Source of the DNA: Octopus bimaculoides
Lineage: Eukaryota
Assembly: GCF_001194135.2 (NCBI RefSeq)
Contig: NC_069001.1
Location: 36,936,388-37,000,387, forward strand
Direction of reading: 5' to 3'
Length of the DNA stretch: 64,000 nt
In this document: in pieces, positions 11,453-24,500 of the stretch
Position numbering within the stretch: the stretch's first letter is position 1
How the letters are laid out: every line of letters begins with the position of its first letter
Notes under the pieces: model-generated
What the model was told of the DNA's origin: nothing
Database searches by the model: none
What the model saw: the letters and a program-made list of their open reading frames with translations, nothing else
Position numbers and translations under genes: made by a program

Positions 11453-12472
11453 CAGACTTCTTTCAGTTTCTATCTACCAAATCCACTCACAAGGCTTTGA
11501 CCAGCCTGAGGCTATAGTAGAAGACATTTACCCAAGGTGTCACGCAGTGGGACTGAGCCCAGAACCATGTGGTAACAAAAAGGTTAACAAAAGAAATCAT
11601 TGTTATATCTTCAGATGGGAGCCATCATAAACAAGATTGTCCCTTTTCTAAATCTAGCTTCACCCCTTTTGGTAACAACCTGCCTGAGACTACCACTTCT
11701 TCTATGATCATGTTTTAAAGTGATCTAAATTAAAAACCTTCCATCAAAATTTCACGTTCATTTTGTTAATTTACATTCCAAACACTCGTATCAGAAGGAC
11801 AATGTTGTTTTGGTAAATTCTTCATTATTTCCAAAAGTAAGAGGAACAATGCAGTGTAATTCAACAGAAATACACCAACAAAAGAGTTTAGCCCTGAGCT
11901 GGGAATAAACAACAGCAGTAATGCTTATCACAGTTCCGGTGTTCTATTTACAATTTATATTTATCTGTTCAACCCTTTTGATACCAGCCTGCCAGCAACT
12001 GCCCCTGGTTCTATAATATAAATTTCCTATTTTAAAGTGATCTAAATTAAAACCTTCTATTAAAGGAAGGTTTTAATTTCATTTTAACTCAGTTTCCAAT
12101 ATAAACTTAATAAAGACAATTATTTTAGTAAATTCCTTAATATTTTCCAAACAAACTAAAACAAAGTATATCAACAGAAATTTGGTAACAAAAGGGTTAA
12201 AGTGATGCTAATTATAACCTTTCATTGAACTTTCATGTTATTTTATGTTTTCAGCCTCAGACTGATAATGAGAAAGTTATTTGACTAAATTTGTCGCTAT
12301 TTTGAAAATTATTTGAAACAAGGACAGTGTATTTCAACTGAAATATGGTAACAAAAGGGTCAACACTCAGATTGAGAAGCAATTAAAGAACAGTAAAGAG
12401 AAAAGAGGACATCTGAACAACAAATGTTTAGTTTAAAAAAAACAGTCAATATACAAAGAAGTCGATACTTAC

Positions 12473-12499
12473 TGATGCAGCCTTGAGTTTCAAATCCAC
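12473..12499 (-). CDS. Minus-strand gene, 27-nt exon; VDLKLKAAS
   Basis: Acceptor TCTTGTCTTTTTGTAAACAAG|, donor TCA|GTAAGT; phase 0-0 continues the previous exon. Confidence 0.65.
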
Positions 12500-13295
12500 C
12501 TTGTTTACAAAAAGACAAGATAAACAAATCAATGTCATAACAATTGTTTCAAGTATTACATTAATATTTAAATGGTACATTAGTTTATGTAAAATCACAA
12601 AAAAATCAATATACATTTTACCTTTCATTGGTTTCGATCATTAGAATGCAGTCATGCCAGAGCGCAGCCTTTGAAGGTTTAGTCAAACAAATCAATCTCG
12701 GTGCTTATCTTTTTTTTAAGCCTGGTACTTGTTCTGTCTCTTTTGTTGAATACCAAGTAACAAAAACAAATTGATATTGGTGGTGGTGAGGAAGAAAACA
12801 CAAACATACACACACACACACATACAACAGGCTTCTTTTGGTGTCCATCGACCAAATCCACTCACAAGGTTTTTGGTCAGCTTTAGACGTTAGCCCAGAC
12901 TGAACCCACTGATGTAGAAAATATATATTTCCTCTTTCATCATCTGGTCAAGCTTGCTTGGACATTTTCAACTCATGCACACCATCCATCTCAGTCCTGC
13001 ATTAGTTGAGAGCAGTCTTTGAGAAAGCATTCCATGTCCCTGCTAAGCAGTTTTTGTGTTTATGTGCCCATAACTTAGCGGTTCAGCAAAAAAGGCAGAG
13101 AGAATAAGTGTCAGGCTTAGAAAACAAAATAAATAAATAAATAAATGGGTCGATTCATTCAAGTAAAAATCCTTCAAGGCGGTGCTCCAGCATGGCCACA
13201 GTCTAATGACTGAAACAAGTAAAATATAAAATATAAACAAATAACTAACTTAAGTAGAACTAAAGAATGAAAAGCAAATAAGTGTGTACACTTAC

Positions 13296-13378
13296 CTGAT
13301 AATTAAGACAGCTTCTAGTACAGGACTTCAATAAATCCTTGAGTATCAAGGCAAGGATTCCTTTCTGAGAACACATTT
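13296..13378 (-). CDS. Minus-strand gene, exon carrying ATG (13376); MCSQKGILALILKDLLKSCTRSCLNYQ; possible TOPOVIBL-like protein
   Basis: Strong acceptor TTCTTTATTTTCTGTCAG| and donor CAG|GTAAGT; only one frame is open; ends in phase 0. Confidence 0.7.
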
Positions 13379-14076
13379 CTGACAGAAAATAAAGAAGTGG
13401 TAAAGGCTTTGTGTGAAGAATTTTTGGAAAAATTTTTTGATACAGTCACAACATTTGAAAAGAGATTTTCATAAACTAACTATAAATTATATGAAAACAA
13501 AAATATCCTGTGAAAGCACTCACACAAAAGCTTCCTTCCATAAGGTCTGTGTTAATATCTTTGTTTTTGTTCTTTAATGGCTTTATATAATAATACCTAA
13601 TTTAAAATCTTTTTACAAAATGCATAAATAGACACAAGTGTGGCTGTGCGTTAAGAAGTTTGCTTCCCAACCACATGGTTGCAGGTTCAGTCCCACAGTG
13701 TGACACCTTGGGCGAGTGTCTTCTACTATGGCCTCACGCCAAACAAAGTCTTGGGAGTGGATTTGGTAGATGGAAACTGAAAGAAGCCTGTCATGTATAC
13801 ATATATGTGTGTGTCTTTGTGCCTGTGTTTTCCGCCACCAACACTTGACAACCAGGGTTGGTTTGTTTACATCCCCTGTAACTTAACAGTTCAGCAAAAG
13901 ACACTGATACAATAAGTACTAGGTTTTAAAAAAAAGAGCATTGGGTCTATTCGTTCAACTAAAACCTCTTCAAGATGGTGCCCCAGCATGGCCACAGTCA
14001 AATGACTGAAACAAGTAAAAAGATAAAAAAGATGTGTGTGTGTGTGTGTGTGTGTGTGCATGTGCGTGTGTGTGCA

Positions 14077-14108
<32 letters not shown>

Positions 14109-14116
14109 CATATACT

Positions 14117-14705
14117 AAACTTACTACCCAGCGTTGCCCAGTATAGTATTCAGGGAATTGTTTGCCAGTTTGTAGAATGGGAATTCACGGTACTTATGCA
14201 TGTATATATATTTAAACTTACTTCTGCTCTTATTTAATTGGAACTATCCAAACAATAGTAATCAATTTACATGAATAGAAGCCTTTTTTTTTTAACAATT
14301 TTTATCCTGAAAATCACCTGTTACTTCTGTTATAAAGTGAAAGAGAGGAGAAAGTGAAAGAGAAGAGAAAGTGAAAGATGTATGAACGTGTATATGAAAT
14401 GGACTTGTGTGTGCATGTGAGAGAGAGAGAGAGAGAGAGATCCACTTATACATACATGAGAACACACATTCATTCACTCACTCAATCTCTCTCTCTCACA
14501 CACACATATGCACATACAAAAAAAAATGTATGCATATGTATTGATGTATGTACGTATACATGACAACACACCCCTTCACTCACTCTCACTCTCTCTTTCT
14601 CTTTTCTCTCTCTTTCATTCACGTCCATTTCATATACACGTACATACATCTTTCCCTTTCTCCTCTCTTTTCACTTTAAAACCTGATCCGGCAATTTTAT
14701 ACCTC
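14117..14705. mobile_element. Helentron/HINE-like non-autonomous element with an internal inverted repeat
   Basis: Starts CTAAACTTACTACCCAGCGTTGCCCAG; arms 14333-14404 and 14623-14678 are reverse complements around GA/CA microsatellites. Confidence 0.4.
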
Positions 14706-14819
14706 TGTAATTATTTCTATCGAAGGCATCACCTTCACCTTTGTAGCAGTTGACTATGGTGCTACTACGCCAGTCATTGGGTATGATTCCTTCATGAACC
14801 ACCTAATTTACAATATGGG

Positions 14820-15996
14820 TGACTAGACCATAACCCACACTGCCTGATATTTTAAGCATCTCAGTGGCGATACCTGATGGGCTGGGGGCTTCCCCTGTCT
14901 TCATATCCTTAATTGCTTTATCTACTAAGGTACTGTCGATTTGGATGGCTGGTCCCTCAATTGAGTCAACATTTTGCAAACTATCCTCCTCTCATTCATT
15001 CTTTCATAATGGCATTTCCAAGCCTCTTTCTTTGCAGAATCATTAAATGCAAGTGCACCAGCATCCATGCAGACACATTTCTCTCCTGTGACATCAGAAT
15101 TTTCTCTCATATGCAGTTTTACAATCTGAAACACTTCAAGTCTTTGGTCCTCACATTGCTGAACATAAGCAAACTTCTTCTTTTCTGCTTCTCCCATTGC
15201 TACATATACCTGTCTCCTAGCTTCCTTTCTGGCTATCTAATACAGTTCCTTGCTACCCCCACTCTTCCAGGTTTTCCAGACCTGTTTCTTTGCTCTGATG
15301 GTTCTGCCTATAGCATCATTCCACCACCACATCACCCAGTTGCAGGTTTGGTCTGTGGCACTCAGCAAGCTGTCCCACAGGAATTCCCAGTTGCCCTCTA
15401 TGCCACAAGCCTGTAGCTCCTCCTCCCTCTCATCAAATTTCTCAATTAGGATGTCCCTAAATCTCTGACCATACGAAGGGTCCTTAAGCTTCCAAATCCT
15501 TCTTTTCCAGACTGGTCTGCTTCTTGGCATTCTTCTGGCCTGGAGTCTAAAGTCACTAATGACTAATCTATGCCAGGGAGACGCATTCTTCACCGGAGAG
15601 GGTCTTTGTATTTAGGAGCAACCATGCATCCTGCTGTCTATTGAGAATCTAATCAATCTGGCTAGCACAGTCACCTGATTGGTAGGTTATCAGCTGGCTG
15701 GCTGGCTTCCTCAAGTTGGTGTTGCAGATCAATAGGTTATTTGCATCACAGAACTCCAGTAGCCTTGTTCTCTCTTCACTTCGGGAACCAATTCTATGGC
15801 CCCCATGTACACCATGGAAGATACCACACTGCCATCTGACATGCCCATTGAAATCCCCAACCACGAAGATGAAATCATTGTCACTTGTCTTTGAGGTAGC
15901 CTGCAGAAGAATATCATAAAAGTAGTCCTTCTGTTCATTTGGTAGGCCTGCTTGTGGGGCATAGGCAGAGATAATTATTGCTGTACTATTCTGCAA
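14820..15996 (-). mobile_element. Degenerate RTE-clade LINE fragment (AP endonuclease and linker, frameshifted)
   Basis: SAYAPQ..GDFNGHV..LLEFC..NL.ICNT..ITYQSG..SQID and HRLVISDF..RIWKLKD motifs spread over several broken ORFs. Confidence 0.9.
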
Positions 15997-17147
15997 GACT
16001 AGCCTACTTCAGTATTTTATCACACATTCTGACTACCTCTATGACCTTATGCACCCATTTCTCTGCTTATATATGTATGTGTGTGTGTGTTTTGTTTTGT
16101 ATTGTTTCATAAGAATAAACTAGTTTATTCCACGCCTCAAGAGTCAATCAATACATAACACACACACACACACACACACACACTCCCCATCCCCACCCAC
16201 CAACTTTTCTTTTGTTGGGATTTTTTCTTTTCTTTGTCCTTTTGGCTCAACTCCATTTTATAATTCAATTCCCTTTTGATTGACATACATACAATTTTAT
16301 TATTCCTGTTCCATTCTAGCATTCAAGCTCCTACACTCCCTGTTTTTAAAAGGGATGTAGGGGGGGAAGGTAATATTTTCATAACTGTATCTGCCACCCA
16401 AGAATGTTATAGGTGGTGGTGGTGGTGGTGGTGGTGGTGTTGGAAGAGGATGGGAAAAAATAATTGAAAATTATGCTTTCAAGTTGTCAGTTAATAAATG
16501 CAACTTGACAAGGCTTCAATAGACAAGACACATTCATGTATTTATATATAAAACAACAAACATTACTCAATGCACCAACAGTTACAATGTGCCTCAGTGA
16601 AGGAGAGGGGATCCTTTTATGTAGTTACGACATGCTAGACATAACAGCCAAATCACCCTCAAATCAAATTACACCTTATTGTTTGCAAAAAAACAGAAAG
16701 ATAAATTTCTATAATGTATACCTAGATGTATTTACAGCTGGAAAAAAAGATTGGATGGCCATGGCTGGAGTGCTGTTAACTAGAGGTAAGCTAAAAAAAA
16801 AAGAATTGACTTGGGCAAAATAATAAGTGTTAAACCTACAAGGAAACCTCTACTAATTTCCATTGAACTCACACCTCATCTTAAGGGGGAAGAACCTTGG
16901 ATCATATGGTCCCAGATACCTTTATAATAAAGTTGGGATGATCACAGTTGGAATGTCTTTTGATTATAGGTTTGCTCAATCAGACTTAGCTTAGGGTTAA
17001 TAAGCACTCGATGAATGAATTTATGGCACTATAATGAAACCATGTTACATTATGCAACCAGAAACAAATGACCTTCACCATTGTGTTTGTCTGTTCATTG
17101 TCCTCCTTCCAGTGTTTACAATTATGGAGACCATAACTTTTCTCCAC

Positions 17148-17185
<38 letters not shown>

Positions 17186-20100
17186 TGAGTGTGCATGCGT
17201 GCGTGTATGTGTTTACACACTGCATTAAACCAATGGCTTCAATGTTCTATGTAGTTATTCCATTTGCTGGAGATAAGAACCAAACCTCGACACTTAAAAA
17301 ATAGGAAGGACATATTGGACAAGGAGGTCCCTGAGGTAACAAAAAATAATAGCCTGGTCATTGTTGCAGCACTGCTGACCACAAGTCTCTTTGATAAGAA
17401 CATACCTGGAACTAAATAGCAACAACACCAGGTGAACCCTTTTGGTAGGAACCTGCCTGAGATCACCCCTAGTTCTATGAATTAAAACTTTCTATCAAAA
17501 TAGCAAGTGTTAAAATGAAGCAATTCCAGCATGTAATACACACATATTAACCATTCAAAAACACACAAAGACTGTTAAATTCAATTAAATATTCATTATT
17601 TGGTGTCGACATTTTTATTGCACAACCGCAACATGGTCACTGACAGGATTGCAACCAGAGTGCAGTTCAATAACAAATGTTTGAAGTGAACTTAAGAGTC
17701 TTTGTATGTTTTTAAATGGGTAATAATGTATTCTCCATGCTACAGTTGCTTCTATTTTTATAATGAAAAATATCTAATTATAGTCATATTAACCATCAAC
17801 ATTTAACATTTTATGGAAGACAGCTCATAGTTTTATATAAAATACCCAAAACCAGCTTAATAGCAACAAAAGGATTTTACTAAATTGTTACTAAATTACT
17901 GGGAGATTTTTCTTTTCTTGTTTTTTTTAATTAATCTGAATAATGATGATGATGGTGGTGGTGGTGGTGGTGGTGGTGAAATACACACACACACAGAGGT
18001 AGGGTGTATTTTGTTAGAAATATGACAAATATTTTTGTTAGAAATAAAATGACAAAAAAAAATGCTTATTTAAAACAATGATAGGATGATAATAGCGTAA
18101 ATGCTTTTAATTAAAAGCCTGGTCTACCAGGGACTGATTCAGGGATGAAACAACAACAATAACAATAATAATATGTAATATTACGAAATACAAAAGAAAA
18201 AGCAACAATTTCTTGTGTGTAATACCTGCAAATGTGATGTGGTGGACAAATCAGAAAATGAAGATGAAGTATATGAGAAAGTTTGTGTTAGAAGTCATTC
18301 GTCAAAAAGGTGCAGAGCAGGTAACAGTGCATAACCAGAGTAGCCAGGTGTCATTGAACTGCAGCCGTGCTGAAAGAAACAAAAGGTGAGGTGAGAAGTG
18401 TAAGTAGGTACCAAGGGCTGCGAGGTTATGTGGAAGCATTTGGTCAACAGAAATAAACACTACATGTTCAGTGAAATCATACAAAACAAAAATAAATACA
18501 ACGTAATCAAGCACAGGTGAAGCTGCCAGGTAAAGAAGCTGGCTTCCCAGCCATGTGGTTTTGGGTTCAGTCCTACTGCATGGCATCTTGAGCAAGTGGC
18601 TTCTATTGATGCCTTCTCCTGGGGCTGACCAAAGCCCTATGGGTGAATGTGGTAGACTGGTACTGAAAGAAGAATGTTGCTCTGTGTGTGTGTGTATGTG
18701 TGTGTGTGTGTGTGCGCGCTCACTTGCACATGCATGCATGCACTCACATGCATTCGTATGTGTTTATGTGCAGCATGCACATGTGCATTTGTGTGTGTGT
18801 ATGTGTTTTTGTCTTGACATCATGTGTGTGATGGTTGTAAAAGAACATCCCTGCCATACTAGCAATGTTGTCCATTGGGGAAACATTACGTTCCTTGGAG
18901 ACGCGTTGAGGATTGGTGACAAGGAAAGTATCTTAGCCGCAGGAAATCTAACACCACAAAATTCCATTTGACCTATGCATGTAAGAGTGGATATCAAATA
19001 ATGATCATGACGATTGATGGTGATGATGATGATGGTGATGATGATGAGTGATGGTGATGATGAGTGATGGTGATGATGAGTGATGGTGATGATGATGATG
19101 GTCAAGGTGATGATTGATGAAATTCAACAAAATCATACAAACAGAAATAAAGACACGTCAACGACTTTATGTTTCCTTTTCTTTCTATTTTATTGCGGCA
19201 ATAAATTATCTTTGTTATTACACTCTCTGGTAATAATGCAGACTTATTTTTAGTCTTTAAACAACATTGCCTCTCCAACATGTTTCTTTGTCATTTGAGA
19301 GTCTGTAACAGTTTCAATGAGCAACAACACTGCTGCTGCCGCCACCCCCGCCACCGCCGATTTCAATGATATGATTGCTTTATTTTTAGAATGACATTGT
19401 AGGATAGATGTGAGAGGTTGCATCTGGCTGGTTTGGACACAAAACAGGCAGAATATTTGGTCCAGGCCAGATGTAGCTGGTTTGAATGCTAAACGGCTAA
19501 ACCTTTAGCATTTAAACCAGTCACATCAGGCCCAAAGATTTTGTTAATAAAAAAAAAATTCAATGATTGAGCTGAGGGTAGGGTAGTTTACATGTTTTCA
19601 TTTCTACATACCAAAAATTGTTTGGCGAACCAGTTTTGGCCTACTTTCACCATAATTACATAGTAATAAGAGTCATTGCCAACCATTAAAAGCACACAAT
19701 TATATCCACTTGTTGATGACTGTTTTGTAATCATTGTTATTATCACTTCTGCTGCTACCACTACTACTACTACTACTGCTGTTTCCATTTCACTTGCTCC
19801 AGTTAATTCTCTAAGAGCAGATAACAACCTGTTATCAAGGATTTCACAGGGTCTCTTTCCACGATACTTAACATCATGGCACTAATCTCAAAATTCTCAC
19901 TCTCCTCAATAAAGCAATTTTCTGAACATGTTCTAACCTCGTGTCAATCTCAATTTCTCCAACCTGGTTTCTAATGTTCCCCTTGGAAACGAAACTCGGC
20001 TTGCGAAGACCTATTAGGGCAAGCGAAAGTGAAACCGTCAATGGCACTTGTGCCGGATGGCACATGTAAAGACATTGGAGCAAGATCGTTGCCAGTGCCG

Positions 20101-20704
20101 CCAAACTGGCTCTTGTGCAGGTGGCACGTAATATACACCATTTTGAGCATGGCCGTTGCCAGTACTGCGTGACTGGCCTTCGTGCCAGTGGCATGTAAAA
20201 GCACCCACTACACTCTTGGAGTGGTTAACGTTAGGAAGGGCATTCAGCTGTAGTAACTCTACCAAATCAGATTGGAGCCCGGTGTAGCCATCTAGTTTCA
20301 CCAGTCCTCAGTCAAATCGTCCAACCCATGCTAGCATGGAAAGCGGACATTAAACGACGATGATGAAGATGATGATTATTATTATTATTAAAGTGGTGAG
20401 CTGGCAAAATTGATAACAGGCCGGGTAGAATACTTAGTGGTATTCCGCCTGTTGTTACGTTCTGAATTCAAGTTCTACCAAGGTCAACTTCGCCTTTCAT
20501 CCTTTTGGGGTTGATGAAATTAAGTACCAGTGAAACACTGGGGGTCAATGTAATCGACTAGCCCCCTCCCCCAAATTTCAGGCCATGCGCCTTTACTAGA
20601 AAGGATTATTATTATTATTATTATTAAGGCAGCAAGCTGGCAGAATCGGTAGCACACCAGACAAAAGGCTTAGCAGCATTTCATTAATCCTTACATTCTG
20701 AGTT

Positions 20705-20729
20705 CTTGTTGTTGTTATTATTATTATTA

Positions 20730-20760
<31 letters not shown>

Positions 20761-21376
20761 CATCATCCTTATTATTATTATTATTATTATTATTATCATC
20801 ATCCTTATTATTATTATTATTATTATTATCATCATCCTTATTATTATTATTATTATTATTATTATCATCATCCTTATTATTATTATTATTATTATCATCA
20901 TCCTTATTATTATTATTATTATTATTATCATCATCCTTATTATTATTATTATTATTATTATTAGTATTATCATCATNNNNNNNNNNNNNNNNNNNNNNNN
21001 NNNNNNNNNNNNNNNNNNNNNNNNNNNNNNNNNNNNNNNNNNNNNNNNNNNNNNNNNNNNNNNNNNNNNNNNNNNNNNNNNNNNNNNNNNNNNNNNNNNN
21101 NNNNNNNNNNNNNNNNNNNNNNNNNNNNNNNNNNNNNNNNNNNNNNNNNNNNNNNNNNNNNNNNNNNNNNNNNNNNNNNNNNNNNNNNNNNNNNNNNNNN
21201 NNNNNNNNNNNNNNNNNNNNNNNNNNNNNNNNNNNNNNNNNNNNNNNNNNNNNNNNNNNNNNNNNNNNNNNNNNNNNNNNNNNNNNNNNNNNNNNNNNNN
21301 NNNNNNNNNNNNNNNNNNNNNNNNNNNNNNNNNNNNNNNNNNNNNNNNNNNNNNNNNNNNNNNNNNNNNNNNATCC

Positions 21377-21407
<31 letters not shown>

Positions 21408-21415
21408 CATCATCC

Positions 21416-21446
<31 letters not shown>

Positions 21447-21525
21447 CATCATCCTTATTATTATTATTATTATTATCATCATCCTTATTATTATTATTAT
21501 TATTATTATTATCATCCTTATTATT
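20705..21525. repeat. Compound trinucleotide array (ATT)n ATCATCATCCTT, interrupted by an N-gap
   Basis: Read directly; explains the poly-L/I/Y ORFs in the track. Confidence 0.95.
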
Positions 21526-24500
21526 CACCCAAGCCAGCATGGAAGGCAGATGTTGTAGGATGATTATGATTATTGTTATTATTATGAAACAATAAAACAA
21601 AAATTGAAGCTAGCTGTGTTTTCACTAATTCTAACAGAAAGCAATTTGTCATGGCTTCAACACTCTGATCAAACAAGTACAGACATGGAAATGCCTAACA
21701 AACACCCTCCTACACAACCATGCCCCTCTCTCCTGTAGGTTATTAATAACTGCACTCAGTCTAATTGCTATTTATGTCACAGATTCGTAATTTATACCTC
21801 TCCAATGATTGCCTTCGTTAACTTAACACAAAAGAAATTTCACACATTCATCATACTGTCTACTTCTCAATTAACAACAATAATTTGTTTGTTTTTGGTT
21901 TTCAACCCTAGGTCAACCTTAATTGAGAAGAGCTATAACCATCCCATCTATTTTTTTATTGTTTCTTTTTTTCAGACATTATCTATCACATCCAATATGT
22001 CATTTCTTTTTTAATACCATAGTGAGATTAGGCTACTATTTCCAGCAGATCAAACAATAATGTAGAAGCTCCCTTGATGGTTCACATTGATTACTAATTG
22101 AAGCAGTTTTTCTTTTTCTTTTTTTTACTCTTGGTCAATTCTGGTCAAAGAGATCTATGAGCAAGACCCATTTCAGCTGCAACCATCCAGTTATATTTAT
22201 TTTTACAGAATTACAGCTGTTTTCAACTTATGTTTTACATAATGGGTTATATAAAACATAAAGTAGAGCCCTTCACAAGAAAATAGAACCCTTTTCTAAG
22301 AGTCTCGGTGATTTATTGTATGCTGTGTACAGAATACTTAATTCTGTGCCAATCTGGACGATGAAAAGAGGGGATAAAATGCCTTCCAGAATCATATAGA
22401 CTCAGAGGGCCAGTTTCCCAGTTTCTGTGGTGCATATATTTTTTTCCCCTGGATAGGATGCCAGTCCCTCTCAGGATTACTCACCTTTGCCAGATGAGTG
22501 GACTGGAGCAATGTGAAATGAAGTGCTTTGCTCAAGAACACAATGCATCGCCTGGTCCAGAAATAATCAAAACTACAATCCTGAATCCAATACCCTAATC
22601 ACTAAACCAAATGCCTATCCCAAACATGTTCATAAGTTTGCCCTCAACATCTAAGCTTGTTTTGAAACCCTTAGTTAGCCCCTGTTTCATTCATTCTGAG
22701 TAACATAAAGCTTTCCTTTCACAAATCCCAAGTTACCTTGGTGATTGAAAGAAACTGAGAATGTGTATTATATATATTGCATGTACACCTGAGAAATATG
22801 TCTTGTGCATCAGGTGCAATACAAAGGACATATAAAGGGCAGGCAAAAGGTTACAGTCTCAATGATTTTTTGATACATTACATCATCATCATTGTTTCCA
22901 TGTCTGCTTTTCCATGCTGGTATGAGTTGAAAGAAAGCTTACTGAGGCACTATTTTATAGTCGGATGCTCTTCTGGTCACCAACCTTTAACTGTTTGTCA
23001 ATTAAGGAGTTTATATTCCACCAGTTTTCTTTAAATCAAAACCACAGAGCTACAGGACCAATTCTTTCACAGGGGATGTAAACACAACATCACCATTTGC
23101 TTAGCCAGTGTCTTTACAGTATTCTACAAAATGTCTATGTATCTAATTTCAAAAACACACACCAAAATATCGTGACATTTAATTAAGTCAAACCTAGTTT
23201 TTCACCACAAAGTATAGCACACATAAAAGCCATCTAGTGTAAAGGTTAAGTTTATTTATTTTCATTAATCCCCTCCTCCAATTCAATGGTCACCTTTTCA
23301 AAACTCAAAATTAATTTCTGTGTTAATTATTGCAATTTGAGCAAAATTCTTCACTGCTTGTTTTTTGTTTTTTTTTCTTAGGCATTTAAATGTAGAAAGC
23401 AATTGATTGAGTAATATTTTGCAAAAGCTTTGAATGCTCCTTGTTTCATAATGCCACAAATACCAGCTGTGTGGTAAGAAGTTTGCTTCCCAACCACATG
23501 GTTGCGGGTTCAGTCCCACTTAGTGGCACTTTGGGCAAGTGTCTTCTACTAAAGCCTCAGGTTGACCAAAGCCTTGTGAGTGAATTGGGTGCATGGAAAC
23601 TGAAAGCAATCCATTATCATATAAATATATATATATATATATAAAAACGTGTGTGTGTGTGTGTGTTTGTGTGTGGAACTGTCTCACTGCCTTAATGTTC
23701 TTGTCTACTACTGGCATAAGGCCAGCAAGTTTGGGGGAGGGGGTACATCGACCCCATTGCTTGACTAGTACTTTATGTTATTGACCCCAAAAGGATGAAA
23801 GGCAAAGTCCAGCCTGTGGCTTGATCCTTTTTATCGTAAAATCTCGACAATCTGCTGCACAAATTCAATCCTGCCATTCCCTCACTAACTGCTAACAACT
23901 TCAGTATTGATTAGTTATAACAAAGCAACCTTTATTTTCCTTTCTTGATAATAGAGAAGAGAGAAACTTTACACTACACCATTTGCAAACACACACCAAA
24001 ACATTCGTACAACACATTTTGCCACGAAGAAATTTACATATGTATCTTTTACCGTTTATCTTTCACTTGTTTCAGTTATTAGACTGCGGCCATACTGGGG
24101 CACCGCCTTGGAGAATTTTCAATCAAATGAATCAAACCCACAACTTTTTTTTCTTTTTAAGCCTGCTAGTTATTCCATCCACCTCTTTTGCCAAACTGCT
24201 AAGTTACAGGGATGTAAACACGCCAATACCAGTTGTCAGGTGGTGGTGGTGGTGGTGGTGGTGGAGAAACAAACACAGACACAATGCTGCCGAGGTCGAC
24301 TTTGCCTTTCATCCATTCAGGGTCAATTAAATAAGAACCAGTTACACACTGGGGTCAGTGTAATGAACTTAATCCCTTCCCTCAAATTCCAGGCCTTGTG
24401 CCTACAGCAGAAAGGATTATCATTATTATTACTATCACTATTAAACAAATACTCTTTCCAGCTGGATACCCTTTCTTCCATTAACTAATTAATCAACAAT

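Noticed and set aside
18226-18460. Exon-like unique segment on the minus strand (acceptor TTTCTTTCAG|, donor CAG|GTATTA)
   Set aside because: All three frames contain stops between these sites; it could be UTR or noise, so it is not called.
20040-20210. Regularly spaced direct repeats resembling a CRISPR array (also 39545-39790, 62760-62990)
   Set aside because: Eukaryotic context, the spacers are themselves homologous, there are no cas genes, and the arrays are part of retroelement family C.
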